Source: Candidatus Kapaibacterium sp.
GTDB lineage: Bacteria; Bacteroidota; Ignavibacteria; Kapaibacteriales; UBA2268
NCBI GenBank assembly: GCA_937995785.1
Contig: CALKJQ010000060.1
Location: 1-55,398 of the forward strand
Reading direction: 5' to 3'
DNA: 55,398 nucleotides
Shown here: one piece after another, positions 1 through 9,209 of the stretch
Layout of the letters: every line of letters begins with the position of its first letter
How positions within the stretch are numbered: the stretch's first letter is position 1
Translations under genes and position numbers: made by a program
Notes under the pieces: generated by a model
Told to the model about the DNA's origin: nothing
Seen by the model: the letters and a program-made list of their open reading frames with translations, nothing else
The model's database searches: none

Positions 1-5
1 GCCAA

Positions 6-146
6 CCCCCTCTTACGAAGAGGGGACAAGGGAAAAGGAACTTCCCCCGTCCCCCTCTTACAAAGATGGGGGAGCATCCCCCCCCTCTCTTAGCACGAGA
101 GGGGGGCAGGGGGGGTGAGTTCCAAAAAGGGGGGTGAGTTCCAAAA
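6..146. repeat. Cluster of GC-rich REP-like palindromes plus a tandem direct repeat
   Basis: Hairpins CCCCTCTT-ACG-AAGAGGGG (7-25), CCCCCTCTT-ACA-AAGATGGGGG (51-72) and CCCCCCTCTC-TTAGCAC-GAGAGGGGGG (80-106). GGGGGTGAGTTCCAAAA occurs twice (111-127, 130-146). Far more GC-rich than the rest of the window. Confidence 0.75.
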
Positions 147-214
147 TCAGATAAAGAAGAATGAGTAAATAAAAATTTGAAAACAAAATGTATAATAAAA
201 TAGAGGAAATAATT

Positions 215-3200
215 ATGAGAAAATCGACCAACAAAATCTGGAAAATAGCAATCGTAGCAACAGTGCTATTTGTAGTGGTTGGATTTTTGAGCGAGACATT
301 TGCTCAATCGTACTACGATTTTTCGCTGAAATACCGCAGATTGGGTAACAAGATTGGAGTTGAATTGTGGGTGAAATCCACAAGTGCATCGGCGCCAGCA
401 TTGGGGTCGTTCACAGTTCCCGTTACCTACAACACAAGTTTTTTGCAACCAGCGGCATTAACTTACACAGCACACCAAACAGATAGCGTAAGCTACAATG
501 TGGATCAGTCAAGTCCCGTCCCGACGATAACATCGCCCTATCATAGTGCAAATGGCTATGGAGCAATCACAATCGTAAATGGAACTGGATATGCAGAATG
601 GGAAATCACCTACAACAGTGGCTCGGGCTTTGTTCCATCATCGACAGGCCGGGGAACATTTGTTGGCAGGATAGAATTCGACATTATTAACTATGCAACA
701 TTAGGTGCGTCCGACCAAACAGGCATAGCAATCAAAACAAGTGGCATACCTAATATTGCAGTAACCAATACCAGTGGAACAACATTAACATTGAATACAG
801 ACTATACAGTAACAAATCCAACAGATATCAACATCAAAGGTATAACAATATTAAATCCAAACGGACCAAAAGAAGTTGTAAATAAGTACTATAAATACTC
901 GTCGTTAGGTGGCACTATTTATGGCTATCCAATATACTTTGAGCGTTCGGGATTGGTAAACACAGCAACATATAACTATGGAACAGATGCATTGGCATAC
1001 CAAGCATCATACTCGATAGATGGCGGAATAAATTATACAAACACATTCCGATTTGCCGAGACCTCAGCCTTAGCAACAGTGGTCAATTATGCAAATTTAG
1101 CTGATGGCGATATAGAAACAACAACCGGAATACTACCAGGCTATACCGTAACAAAACCCGATGGATCGCCCGTTCCATTCAATTGGAAAGGAGTATTGCG
1201 AGTAATCTGGAAAGCCGACCCATATTTTGCACAACGAAGCGAAAAAGCACGCTTTAAGTTGCAACAATTGTCGCCAACCGGAAGCGGCTCGCCAATCACA
1301 GGCCGAACATTAGAAACACCCTTTGGAACAAGCGAATTCAACTTTGTGTTGGGTCGCACATTTTTTGTTCAATTGGACGGACAATGTGCATATCTAAAGA
1401 CAGCGCAAAATTATAGTTTGCCAACTCAATTAACAGTTGAAGCATGGGTAAACGTAAACGCATTAGGAGCAGCCGGAACCGAACCGGGAATTATAGCCCA
1501 CAGTGGTGGGTCGTCCTCCCCTGGCGAAGGAGCATTTTTATTGTATTTGGAGAACGGACAATATCCTGCATTCCGCGTACGCGAATTCCAAGACAGAGGT
1601 TATGATGGATCATCGATTTATTTGGGCAAAGTAGTAGCCAACGAACCAATAACAGTTGCCAATGCAAACATAGTGCTATCGAACGATGCGGCAAGCGAGG
1701 CACATCGCAAGAATTGGGTGCATTTAGCAGGCGTAGTTCGCAATAATGTAGTGGAATTATATGTAAATGGTCAAAGAGTGGGACGCACAACCAACACCCA
1801 AGCAATAGATGCAAGAATGGCAACATTCGAACATCCAGTGTGGGTGGGAGTAAATCCAAATGGCGGCATCCAAGCAGGCGACTATGTTAATGCAGGTATC
1901 AAAGAAGTAAAAATTTGGAGAACAGCATTAACACAAGAAGAAATCCAAAGCAAAGCCGCAGGCGTTTACGACCCAGCTGGCGCAATCAACCCATTGGGAC
2001 CATTAAATCCAGATTCATTGAGAATTTCGTTGGATATGTACTACACATTCCAAGCAAATCGCAACGATTATGCAACAGACGTAACATATCAATACGGAAA
2101 TAATATATTAAATAACTACACATGTAGCGAAGTGATGGATAACGATGCAATCGTTTATCGTCCCGACCGTCCACACATCAAATTAATCGCACCAATCGCA
2201 GGCGACGGAGCAAAGAACAAAGAAGACGATTTGTTCTATATTCGTTGGATTGGATTTGGTTTGGGTTCGATAGCATCGTCGTCGTCGCAAGATTTGCAAA
2301 TTGAATTTAGCCGCGATGGTGGATTGAACTGGGCAGATGCTTTGGATAATACAGTATCGCCCGCAGGCGTGCCATTAGACCAAGTGGAAATCGAATCGAA
2401 TTATGCAATATGGGAACCATATAATAGCGTAACATATTCAGGTGCATATTCGGATTTACAAGGCTTGGGAAACACAATCGACCAAAACTATACTAAAACA
2501 ACAAAAATTAGAATTAAGGGTAAAACTACCAACAACCAAGATGATATTTATGACGAAAGTGGCGAATTTTATGTAGCACCATACTTTGCACTTCGCAATG
2601 GTGGAGCCGCACAAATATACGTGCCAGGTTCGACAGATTTCAACTTAAGTCGTGGTGTATCATTTATCGAAATGTGGATTTCGCCCGAAAGATTTCCAAC
2701 TGCATCCGAAGGCTACTTTGTGTTGGCATCGAAATCGAATGGAACAAATTCTCATTATGAATTAAGATTGTTGAGCAATGGAAGATTACAATTCTTGGTT
2801 GTTAATTCAAGTGGAACAATCTTAACAGCAACAAGTGATGCAACTAAACCATTAGTAGTGCCAAACGAAACATTGTTAGGTAAAATCTGGACACATGTAG
2901 GCGTTTTGGTTAATTTAGCAAACGGAACAGGCACAAGTAATGTTCGCTTCTATATTGATGGTTTGCCCCAAACCGAAGATGTATTAACACAACAATTGGG
3001 ATCGAATGTAACAACTAATTTGTCGAACACATACCCATTGTATATTGCATCCTCACCAACAGGCACCAACAACTTTGTTGGCGAAGTTCGTGAATTCCGT
3101 TTCTGGAATGGCTATCCCGCCGACCAATCAGCATCGGGAGTGGAATCGCAAGCAAGTCCAACGGCATTGACCAAGTTTATTCAAGGTGCATTAACTACAT

Positions 3201-6200
3201 ACGCTAAAGATTTCACGACAACACCAACAAATTATCAAAAGAACTTAGTTGCCGCATTTGCATTCGATGGCGGTTCGTTTGTCAATAATGGTTGGTATAA
3301 ATCAGTACCATCAACAAATAGCAACCATCAAGCATTAATCATAGGCAACGTTGGCTTGAATGGTAATGGAATAAGCTACCGAAGCACTCGTCCATATTTG
3401 AAATTGGTTGAACCAATAGTAAAGCAAGAAGTGCCTAACACAACAACAGACTTACGCGTTCGTTGGGTAGGATTCCACTTTGACGAAGTAGCATTCCGTT
3501 CGGGTAGCAATGCATTGAACCAAGATGCAGATATGTCATTCGGTTTGTTCGGTGGAGGTGGTCAAGTTATTCAGCCTTATCAATTTGTGGCAAGTGATAA
3601 ATATGCAGTAGCATATACCAATGCATTAAGTTTATTAACAACAACTGCATATAGGTTTGCTGGAACATCAACAACTCCACAATATGCTGCATCTTTGAAT
3701 ATTTCAATCACAGATCCCGACGAAAACAATGACGAAACATACAACGACCAAGGACCATTAAGTGCTGCATTAACCAATGCAAGATTACGCTTGCGAGGTC
3801 GTTCCACTATAAATGCTTCGATTCCTTGGGAATACACAAGCATTCCAACTTTGCAAACCGAAGGTAATTTGTTTACAGTTACTCCTCCATCCAACTTTAC
3901 TTTAAGAGTATTATTGGAAGGTTTCCACACTGGTAGCAACAATAACATAGTTAATTTGGGTTCAACATATAATACATTAGGTATCAAAGCATCGTTGTTC
4001 TCCGAAAGTGCTGGTCAGCCCAATGAATTGCGTGCAACCAAAGAAGGAACAGGCTACATTACTTCCAATGCAACAGCATTAGATCCAACAACTCGTGGAA
4101 CAAATGGTTCTTATTTTGCAAATGTGCCATTTGTATTCACCAACTTAACAGACGGCAACTACTTTGCAGTAGTAGAACATTTAAACCACTTGCCAGTTAT
4201 GTCCCGTTTTGCTGCACCATTTATGTTTGATGGTGATAATTTGGAGACTTGGACAATTGAATCGGGTTGGGACTTCCAAAGCTGGGGTCAAAACTCAACT
4301 CCAACTGCAAATGATTATATGCAAGTATCCACCGACGACAAATATTCGGGAACAGGTTTATTCTCGGCATACGGTCAAACACAAATCAGTCCAAGCATCG
4401 TAGGTTTCGACGAAACTTCATTGAACTTTACTGCTGGTCAGATTGTATCGACTTCGAATAAAATGGCTGCAATGGTAGCTGGTGATGTTTATCGTGATGG
4501 TCAAATCAATGCAATCGACCGTGTTCAAGTTCGCGCCGATATAGGTTCGTCCGTCTATCGTTCCGATGTTACGGGTGATGGTTTGGTAAATGCAATCGAC
4601 CGCGATTTAACCGACCGTAACTCGAACAAATTAACTCGTTTAACAGACCTTGGTGTTGTAACCTATCCAGCTGTTCCTAAAGCATTTGATTGGATTGCAC
4701 AAAGTAACCCAATCGAAGCTGTTTCGCCATTAGATCCAAATCGCAGTGAAGAAATGAATAATGCTGCCAAAGAATTCTTGGCTAATGGTGGAAAACGCAA
4801 CGATAAGAAAAACAACAACTATGCTTTGCAAGGTGGTGTTAGCTATAAAGTTATGGGTTCGACTGAAAAGAAAGGCGATAAAATCTATGTTAACGTCTTT
4901 ATCCAAAATACAGGCGGCGATTGGGCTCCGGGTAACTGTACATTTGGTTTAACATTCGACAACAATTCGCTCGAGTTTGTCGGATTAACAAATGTGGACG
5001 AAAACCCATTCCAAAACTACAAAAACAAAGGTTACTCAGCGGCATATTCGGGTCCAACCAAGGACGGTATCAACCCAATTGCTAACCTGAGAACAATCGA
5101 AATCGACTATGATGGTTATGTTCGTCCCGAAGGCGTTATTGTTCCTAAAACTTGGACTAAATTAGGTACTTTGGAATTCAAAATTAATAGTTTCGTTGAT
5201 AGATATGAATTTGCTTGGCACAACATCACCGCTGTATTAACTACAGATGGTCGCAACGTAACAGGTAATGGCGAATTTATGCCAATCGAACCCGTTGATG
5301 TTGTTAGAACTGTTGCTATCACTTCTCCAAATGGCGGCGAAAACTGGCGTTCTGGCAAAACTTATCAAATCACTTGGACATTACCATCGGATAATGCTAT
5401 GGGTTATCTTGAATTTTCGGATAACGCTGGTGCATCTTGGTCGAGAATTACCGCTGAACCAATCAACTTAATGTCGGGTGTTTACACTTGGAATTCACCA
5501 AAAGTAAACTCCAACAAATGCTTGGTTCGCATCGTTGATATCCGCAACGGTAACGAAATCGACCGTAGTAACAACACATTCACATTGAGCGAAGACGTAA
5601 TTAAAATCACTCGTCCTGCATCCACCGATCCTATCTACAAATACGGCAAGATCGACTTTATCGAATGGACAATGGAAGATCTGGCAACCATTCGCTTCGA
5701 ATTTAGTGCAAACGGCAAAGATAATTGGAAAATAGTTACCGATCCAGTTAGCTCACGCTTATTGCAAACTAAATGGGAAATCCCTGCAGTGAACACTCGC
5801 GAAGCCGTTGTTCGTATGGTTGATGTTAATACCAATCAGGTGTTGGCTTATAGCTCACCATTCAAAATTTTGGGTGGCAATGGCACATTTATCACTCCTA
5901 AGAAAGGTCAAATTGTTAAATGTGGTGCGAGCGAACCTATTCGCTGGACAAGTGAATACATCAGTAAATTCGATTTGCAACTCTCGGTTGATGGTGGCAA
6001 AACTTGGCAATTTATCGCAAAAGATGTTAATGCATTGAAGAGTGTTTATACTTGGACAGTTCCAAGTGTTAAAACCGACAATGCTATTATCCGTGCAATT
6101 TGGAATGGTCAAGAAGATATGGAATATATGAGAACTAGTATTTTCCGCATCCAATGCGACGGTATTGGCAATGTGGAAGAACCTGTGGCTAAAATCCACT

Positions 6201-6457
6201 TCTTGAACGAACCCGTTCCAAACCCATTTGCCAACGAAACAAGAGTTCGCTTCACTTTGGGAACAACAGCAAAAGTTTCTGTTAAAGTTTACTCAGTAAA
6301 TGGAGATTTGGTTGCTATCTTGGCTGACAATGTTGATTTCGTTGAAGGTACTCATTCGTTAGACTTCAATGCAATTAACTTACCAGCAGGTGTTTATATC
6401 ATCCGTTTGAATGCAGGTACATTTGTTGATACCAAAGAAGTAATTCACATCAAATAA
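215..6457 (+). CDS. Giant T9SS-secreted modular protein: signal peptide, cohesin-like, Ig-like/LamG alternation, dockerin, second cohesin-like, three Ig-like repeats, T9SS type A C-terminal domain
   Basis: ATG 215 follows GAGG and opens a signal peptide ending TFA-Q (track start is 188). LamG motifs TVEAWV, WVHLAGV, LYVNG, EVKIW and EMWI, WTHVGV, FYIDG, EFRFW. Dockerin loops GDVYRDGQINAID and DVTGDGLVNAID. SPNGGENW and S.DGG.W repeats. C-terminus PNPF...LPAGVYIIRL...KEVIHIK. Confidence 0.9.
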   Translation: MRKSTNKIWKIAIVATVLFVVVGFLSETFAQSYYDFSLKYRRLGNKIGVELWVKSTSASAPALGSFTVPVTYNTSFLQPAALTYTAHQTDSVSYNVDQSSPVPTITSPYHSANGYGAITIVNGTGYAEWEITYNSGSGFVPSSTGRGTFVGRIEFDIINYATLGASDQTGIAIKTSGIPNIAVTNTSGTTLTLNTDYTVTNPTDINIKGITILNPNGPKEVVNKYYKYSSLGGTIYGYPIYFERSGLVNTATYNYGTDALAYQASYSIDGGINYTNTFRFAETSALATVVNYANLADGDIETTTGILPGYTVTKPDGSPVPFNWKGVLRVIWKADPYFAQRSEKARFKLQQLSPTGSGSPITGRTLETPFGTSEFNFVLGRTFFVQLDGQCAYLKTAQNYSLPTQLTVEAWVNVNALGAAGTEPGIIAHSGGSSSPGEGAFLLYLENGQYPAFRVREFQDRGYDGSSIYLGKVVANEPITVANANIVLSNDAASEAHRKNWVHLAGVVRNNVVELYVNGQRVGRTTNTQAIDARMATFEHPVWVGVNPNGGIQAGDYVNAGIKEVKIWRTALTQEEIQSKAAGVYDPAGAINPLGPLNPDSLRISLDMYYTFQANRNDYATDVTYQYGNNILNNYTCSEVMDNDAIVYRPDRPHIKLIAPIAGDGAKNKEDDLFYIRWIGFGLGSIASSSSQDLQIEFSRDGGLNWADALDNTVSPAGVPLDQVEIESNYAIWEPYNSVTYSGAYSDLQGLGNTIDQNYTKTTKIRIKGKTTNNQDDIYDESGEFYVAPYFALRNGGAAQIYVPGSTDFNLSRGVSFIEMWISPERFPTASEGYFVLASKSNGTNSHYELRLLSNGRLQFLVVNSSGTILTATSDATKPLVVPNETLLGKIWTHVGVLVNLANGTGTSNVRFYIDGLPQTEDVLTQQLGSNVTTNLSNTYPLYIASSPTGTNNFVGEVREFRFWNGYPADQSASGVESQASPTALTKFIQGALTTYAKDFTTTPTNYQKNLVAAFAFDGGSFVNNGWYKSVPSTNSNHQALIIGNVGLNGNGISYRSTRPYLKLVEPIVKQEVPNTTTDLRVRWVGFHFDEVAFRSGSNALNQDADMSFGLFGGGGQVIQPYQFVASDKYAVAYTNALSLLTTTAYRFAGTSTTPQYAASLNISITDPDENNDETYNDQGPLSAALTNARLRLRGRSTINASIPWEYTSIPTLQTEGNLFTVTPPSNFTLRVLLEGFHTGSNNNIVNLGSTYNTLGIKASLFSESAGQPNELRATKEGTGYITSNATALDPTTRGTNGSYFANVPFVFTNLTDGNYFAVVEHLNHLPVMSRFAAPFMFDGDNLETWTIESGWDFQSWGQNSTPTANDYMQVSTDDKYSGTGLFSAYGQTQISPSIVGFDETSLNFTAGQIVSTSNKMAAMVAGDVYRDGQINAIDRVQVRADIGSSVYRSDVTGDGLVNAIDRDLTDRNSNKLTRLTDLGVVTYPAVPKAFDWIAQSNPIEAVSPLDPNRSEEMNNAAKEFLANGGKRNDKKNNNYALQGGVSYKVMGSTEKKGDKIYVNVFIQNTGGDWAPGNCTFGLTFDNNSLEFVGLTNVDENPFQNYKNKGYSAAYSGPTKDGINPIANLRTIEIDYDGYVRPEGVIVPKTWTKLGTLEFKINSFVDRYEFAWHNITAVLTTDGRNVTGNGEFMPIEPVDVVRTVAITSPNGGENWRSGKTYQITWTLPSDNAMGYLEFSDNAGASWSRITAEPINLMSGVYTWNSPKVNSNKCLVRIVDIRNGNEIDRSNNTFTLSEDVIKITRPASTDPIYKYGKIDFIEWTMEDLATIRFEFSANGKDNWKIVTDPVSSRLLQTKWEIPAVNTREAVVRMVDVNTNQVLAYSSPFKILGGNGTFITPKKGQIVKCGASEPIRWTSEYISKFDLQLSVDGGKTWQFIAKDVNALKSVYTWTVPSVKTDNAIIRAIWNGQEDMEYMRTSIFRIQCDGIGNVEEPVAKIHFLNEPVPNPFANETRVRFTLGTTAKVSVKVYSVNGDLVAILADNVDFVEGTHSLDFNAINLPAGVYIIRLNAGTFVDTKEVIHIK

Positions 6458-6479
6458 GTAAGTTCTCCTTAAAGAACTG

Positions 6480-6517
6480 AAAAAGGGAGGCAGTCCGAAA
6501 GGATTGCCTCTTTTTTT
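6480..6517 (+). terminator. Rho-independent terminator, possibly bidirectional
   Basis: GAGGCAGTCC-GAAA-GGATTGCCTC stem followed by T7 and preceded by an A-tract, between convergent genes. Confidence 0.9.
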
Positions 6518-6605
6518 GTATTGATTAACCCTTAAGGGTTTGTAAATTTATAAGGTTTGTTTTTTCTGATTTATTTAAATAAATATTTAAATATAGGCAA
6601 GATTT

Positions 6606-7463
6606 CTAATCGATTTCTAAATGGATTTCGGCGGCTTTAACAGTGTGGGTTAGTGCTCCAATCGATATTGCATCAATTCCCGTATCAAGGTAACCCTGAA
6701 TATTGTGCAGGTTAATTCCGCCGCTTGCTTCAACAAAGATGTGGTTTCCCAGTTGGTGAGAACGGATGAGCCGAACACATTCTCGAATTTGATTGGGCGA
6801 CATATTATCGAGCAATACTCCATCCACACCAACTTCCAATGCAGCCTTTAATTGCTCGATTGTATCTACTTCTAATTCAATAAACAAATTGTTGCTATTT
6901 TTGTTTTTTACTTCAATTAACAATTCTTTTAAATTTTTTCCAGAAATGTGATTATCCTTGATTAAAATACCATTGGAAAGATTGGTTCTGTGGTTAGTGC
7001 CACCGGCGGCGGCTACGGCATATTTGTCGAATAATCGCAATCCGGGTGCAGTTTTGCGAGTATCTAAAATTCTCACTCCATAAGGATTAGCTAATTTGGT
7101 AAATTCACTTGTTAAATTGGCAATTCCGCACATTCTTTGTAATAAATTGAGTAGCGTGCGTTCCACAAGTAAAATATAGCGTTTGTTGCCCGTTACAATT
7201 GCAATAGTTTGCCCTTGGTGAACTTCGTAGCCATCGCGGAAATTCAAGGAAAAATCGAAATCTGAAGAAAAAAAATAGGGAAGAACAAATTCCCCCACGA
7301 AGACTAAATTTGCTTGGGCAATTATTTTGGCTGTTGTTGTTTCGTTAGGGTCGATAGTTAATTCGCAGGTTGCATCACCATTTGGTGCATCTTCGGCAAG
7401 AAACTGAGCGATACGAGACTTTACGTAATCTTCTGGCAATTTTTTGATTTGCTCGTAAATCAT
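6606..7463 (-). CDS. nadC: Nicotinate-nucleotide diphosphorylase (quinolinate phosphoribosyltransferase)
   Basis: Motifs ERTLLN, DTRKTAPG, NHR, LIKDNH, ELEV, LLDNM, EASGGI, SIGALTH. ATGA overlap with the nadA stop. Confidence 0.97.
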   Translation of the reverse strand: MIYEQIKKLPEDYVKSRIAQFLAEDAPNGDATCELTIDPNETTTAKIIAQANLVFVGEFVLPYFFSSDFDFSLNFRDGYEVHQGQTIAIVTGNKRYILLVERTLLNLLQRMCGIANLTSEFTKLANPYGVRILDTRKTAPGLRLFDKYAVAAAGGTNHRTNLSNGILIKDNHISGKNLKELLIEVKNKNSNNLFIELEVDTIEQLKAALEVGVDGVLLDNMSPNQIRECVRLIRSHQLGNHIFVEASGGINLHNIQGYLDTGIDAISIGALTHTVKAAEIHLEID

Positions 7464-8392
7464 TTACTAATCTCCAGCATCCTTTGGATTGGTATCAATG
7501 CCTTTAATCTAATTTCTTCGGGAATTTCAATTTCGGGTTGAAGAGTTTCCAATGAATTAATGATTTTATCCAAAGTGTTCAATCTCATATAAGGGCATTC
7601 GTTGCAACTGCATCCATCTAAATTGGGCACATCTATATAAGTTTTTTGTGGTGCTCTTTTCTTCATTTCGTGGATAACGCCGGGCTCTGTTAAAATGATG
7701 AATTTGGTATCTTTGGAATTAACAGCAGTATCAATTATCTTGGTTGTCGAGCCAATTATATGGGCGTATTTCAAAATATTGGGTGGGCATTCGGGGTGAG
7801 CCAACACGATTGCATCGGGATGTTCGTTAGTAAGTTGGATTACTTTTTCCTCAGAAAACATTTCGTGGACTTGGCAAGTTCCGTTCCATAATTCCAAATA
7901 CCGTCCTGTGGAAAGACGCACATAAGCACCAAGGAACTTATCTGGAGCAAATAGCACTTTTTTATCTTTTGGAATCGATTCAACGATTTTAACCGCATTC
8001 GAAGATGTGCAAATTAAATCGGACATTGCCTTTATCTCTGCGGTCGAATTGATGTAGGTAACAACCACACTATCGGGATATTGTTCTATCCATTTTTGGA
8101 ATTCTTCGGGTTTGGCAGAGTCGGCTAACGAACAACCTGCATTCAAATCGGGAATAACCACTTTTTTTGATGGATTTAAAATTTTTGAGGTTTCTGCCAT
8201 AAAATGAACTCCGCAAAACAAAATTATATCCTCGTCCACTTGAGTTGCTCGCTGACTTAATGCCAATGAATCCCCAACAAAATCTGCAATATCCTGAATA
8301 TCACCATCTTGATAATAGTGAGCCAAGATTATTGCGTTTTTCTCCTTTTTTAATCGAAGGATTTTATTAATTTTTTCTTCTTTTGTTAGCAT
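7460..8392 (-). CDS. nadA: Quinolinate synthase
   Basis: LAHYYQ, GDSL, CGVHFMAE, AGCSLA, YINS, CTSSNA, CQVH, AHPEC, CPYM with the three Fe-S cysteines. Confidence 0.97.
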   Translation of the reverse strand: MLTKEEKINKILRLKKEKNAIILAHYYQDGDIQDIADFVGDSLALSQRATQVDEDIILFCGVHFMAETSKILNPSKKVVIPDLNAGCSLADSAKPEEFQKWIEQYPDSVVVTYINSTAEIKAMSDLICTSSNAVKIVESIPKDKKVLFAPDKFLGAYVRLSTGRYLELWNGTCQVHEMFSEEKVIQLTNEHPDAIVLAHPECPPNILKYAHIIGSTTKIIDTAVNSKDTKFIILTEPGVIHEMKKRAPQKTYIDVPNLDGCSCNECPYMRLNTLDKIINSLETLQPEIEIPEEIRLKALIPIQRMLEISK

Positions 8393-8818
8393 CTAATCAT
8401 TCAATTTTAATGAATACTCTGCAAAAGCATCCGAAGTTTCGTAAACACGTACTGTTAATTCTTTAATATTTTTTTGTTTTCGGAATTCCTCGGCAAATTG
8501 ATGAGCAAAATTTATAGCAATGTTTTCGCTTGTGCTTGTAAATTTAATTGCAACATAGCGAAAATTATTTTCCTTTAGAAATTTGAGTGTTGTTTCGTCG
8601 TTTTCGTCCACAAGCATAGAATGGTCGTAGGTGTTAATTATTGGCTTAACGACTTTATCGATATCATAGAAATCGATAAGCATTCCGTTTTCGTCCAATT
8701 CTCCAACAAGTTCTAAACGCATTTTATAGGAATGACCGTGAATATTCTTGCACCATCCATTATGAAATGGCAATCGGTGGCTCATTTCCCAAACGAAATC
8801 TTTACCTAATTTGATCAT
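8393..8818 (-). CDS. queD: 6-carboxy-5,6,7,8-tetrahydropterin synthase
   Basis: HRL, CKNIHGHSY, DF, DH, TSENIA and VYET motifs. Start moved to ATG 8818 (MIKLGK), which overlaps the queF end, because the longer track ORF runs 36 codons further inside queF. Confidence 0.9.
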   Translation of the reverse strand: MIKLGKDFVWEMSHRLPFHNGWCKNIHGHSYKMRLELVGELDENGMLIDFYDIDKVVKPIINTYDHSMLVDENDETTLKFLKENNFRYVAIKFTSTSENIAINFAHQFAEEFRKQKNIKELTVRVYETSDAFAEYSLKLND

Positions 8819-9161
8819 TTTCGCCTTTATTGTATTTTGCAATGATAGTTGACGAAATTCCACCGCGTGTAGTCCATTCCGAGATAACCTCCATTGATTT
8901 TGGTTGGCAAGCCTCCACCAAATCATTTAGGATTTGATTTGTAACATCTTCGTAAAAAATTCCCTTGTTGCGAAATTCCAAAAAATAGTATTTAAGCGAT
9001 TTTAATTCCAAACACAGTTTATCGGGTACATATTGAATTGTGATTGTACCAAAATCGGGCAAACCAGTTTTGGGGCAAACCGAAGTAAACTCTGGATTTG
9101 AATGCACTATTTCGTAATCTCTATATTGATGGGCGTTTTCGAACACCTCTACATTTGGCAT
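8802..9161 (-). CDS. queF: NADPH-dependent preQ0 reductase (unimodular QueF)
   Basis: PEFTSVCPKTGLPDFG, ELKSLKYY, TRGGI. AAGGAG upstream. Confidence 0.95.
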   Translation of the reverse strand: MPNVEVFENAHQYRDYEIVHSNPEFTSVCPKTGLPDFGTITIQYVPDKLCLELKSLKYYFLEFRNKGIFYEDVTNQILNDLVEACQPKSMEVISEWTTRGGISSTIIAKYNKGENDQIR

Positions 9162-9209
9162 ATAAACTCCTTTAATTTAATGATATAACGATTTATAAAT
9201 CTTATTATT

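Noticed and set aside
109-146. CRISPR array from the duplicated 17-mer
   Set aside because: Only two adjacent copies, no spacers and no cas genes.
213-6199. Many 60-135 aa alternative-frame and antisense ORFs inside the giant gene (and similar ones across the window)
   Set aside because: Expected shadows of long coding regions with biased codon use. None shows a recognisable family motif.
8819-8926. N-terminal extension of queD in the ORF track
   Set aside because: It lies inside queF and is not QueD-like. ATG 8818 gives a normal-length protein.
9162-9209. preQ1 riboswitch upstream of queF
   Set aside because: The 48-nt gap is nearly all A/T with no stem or preQ1 loop consensus visible.
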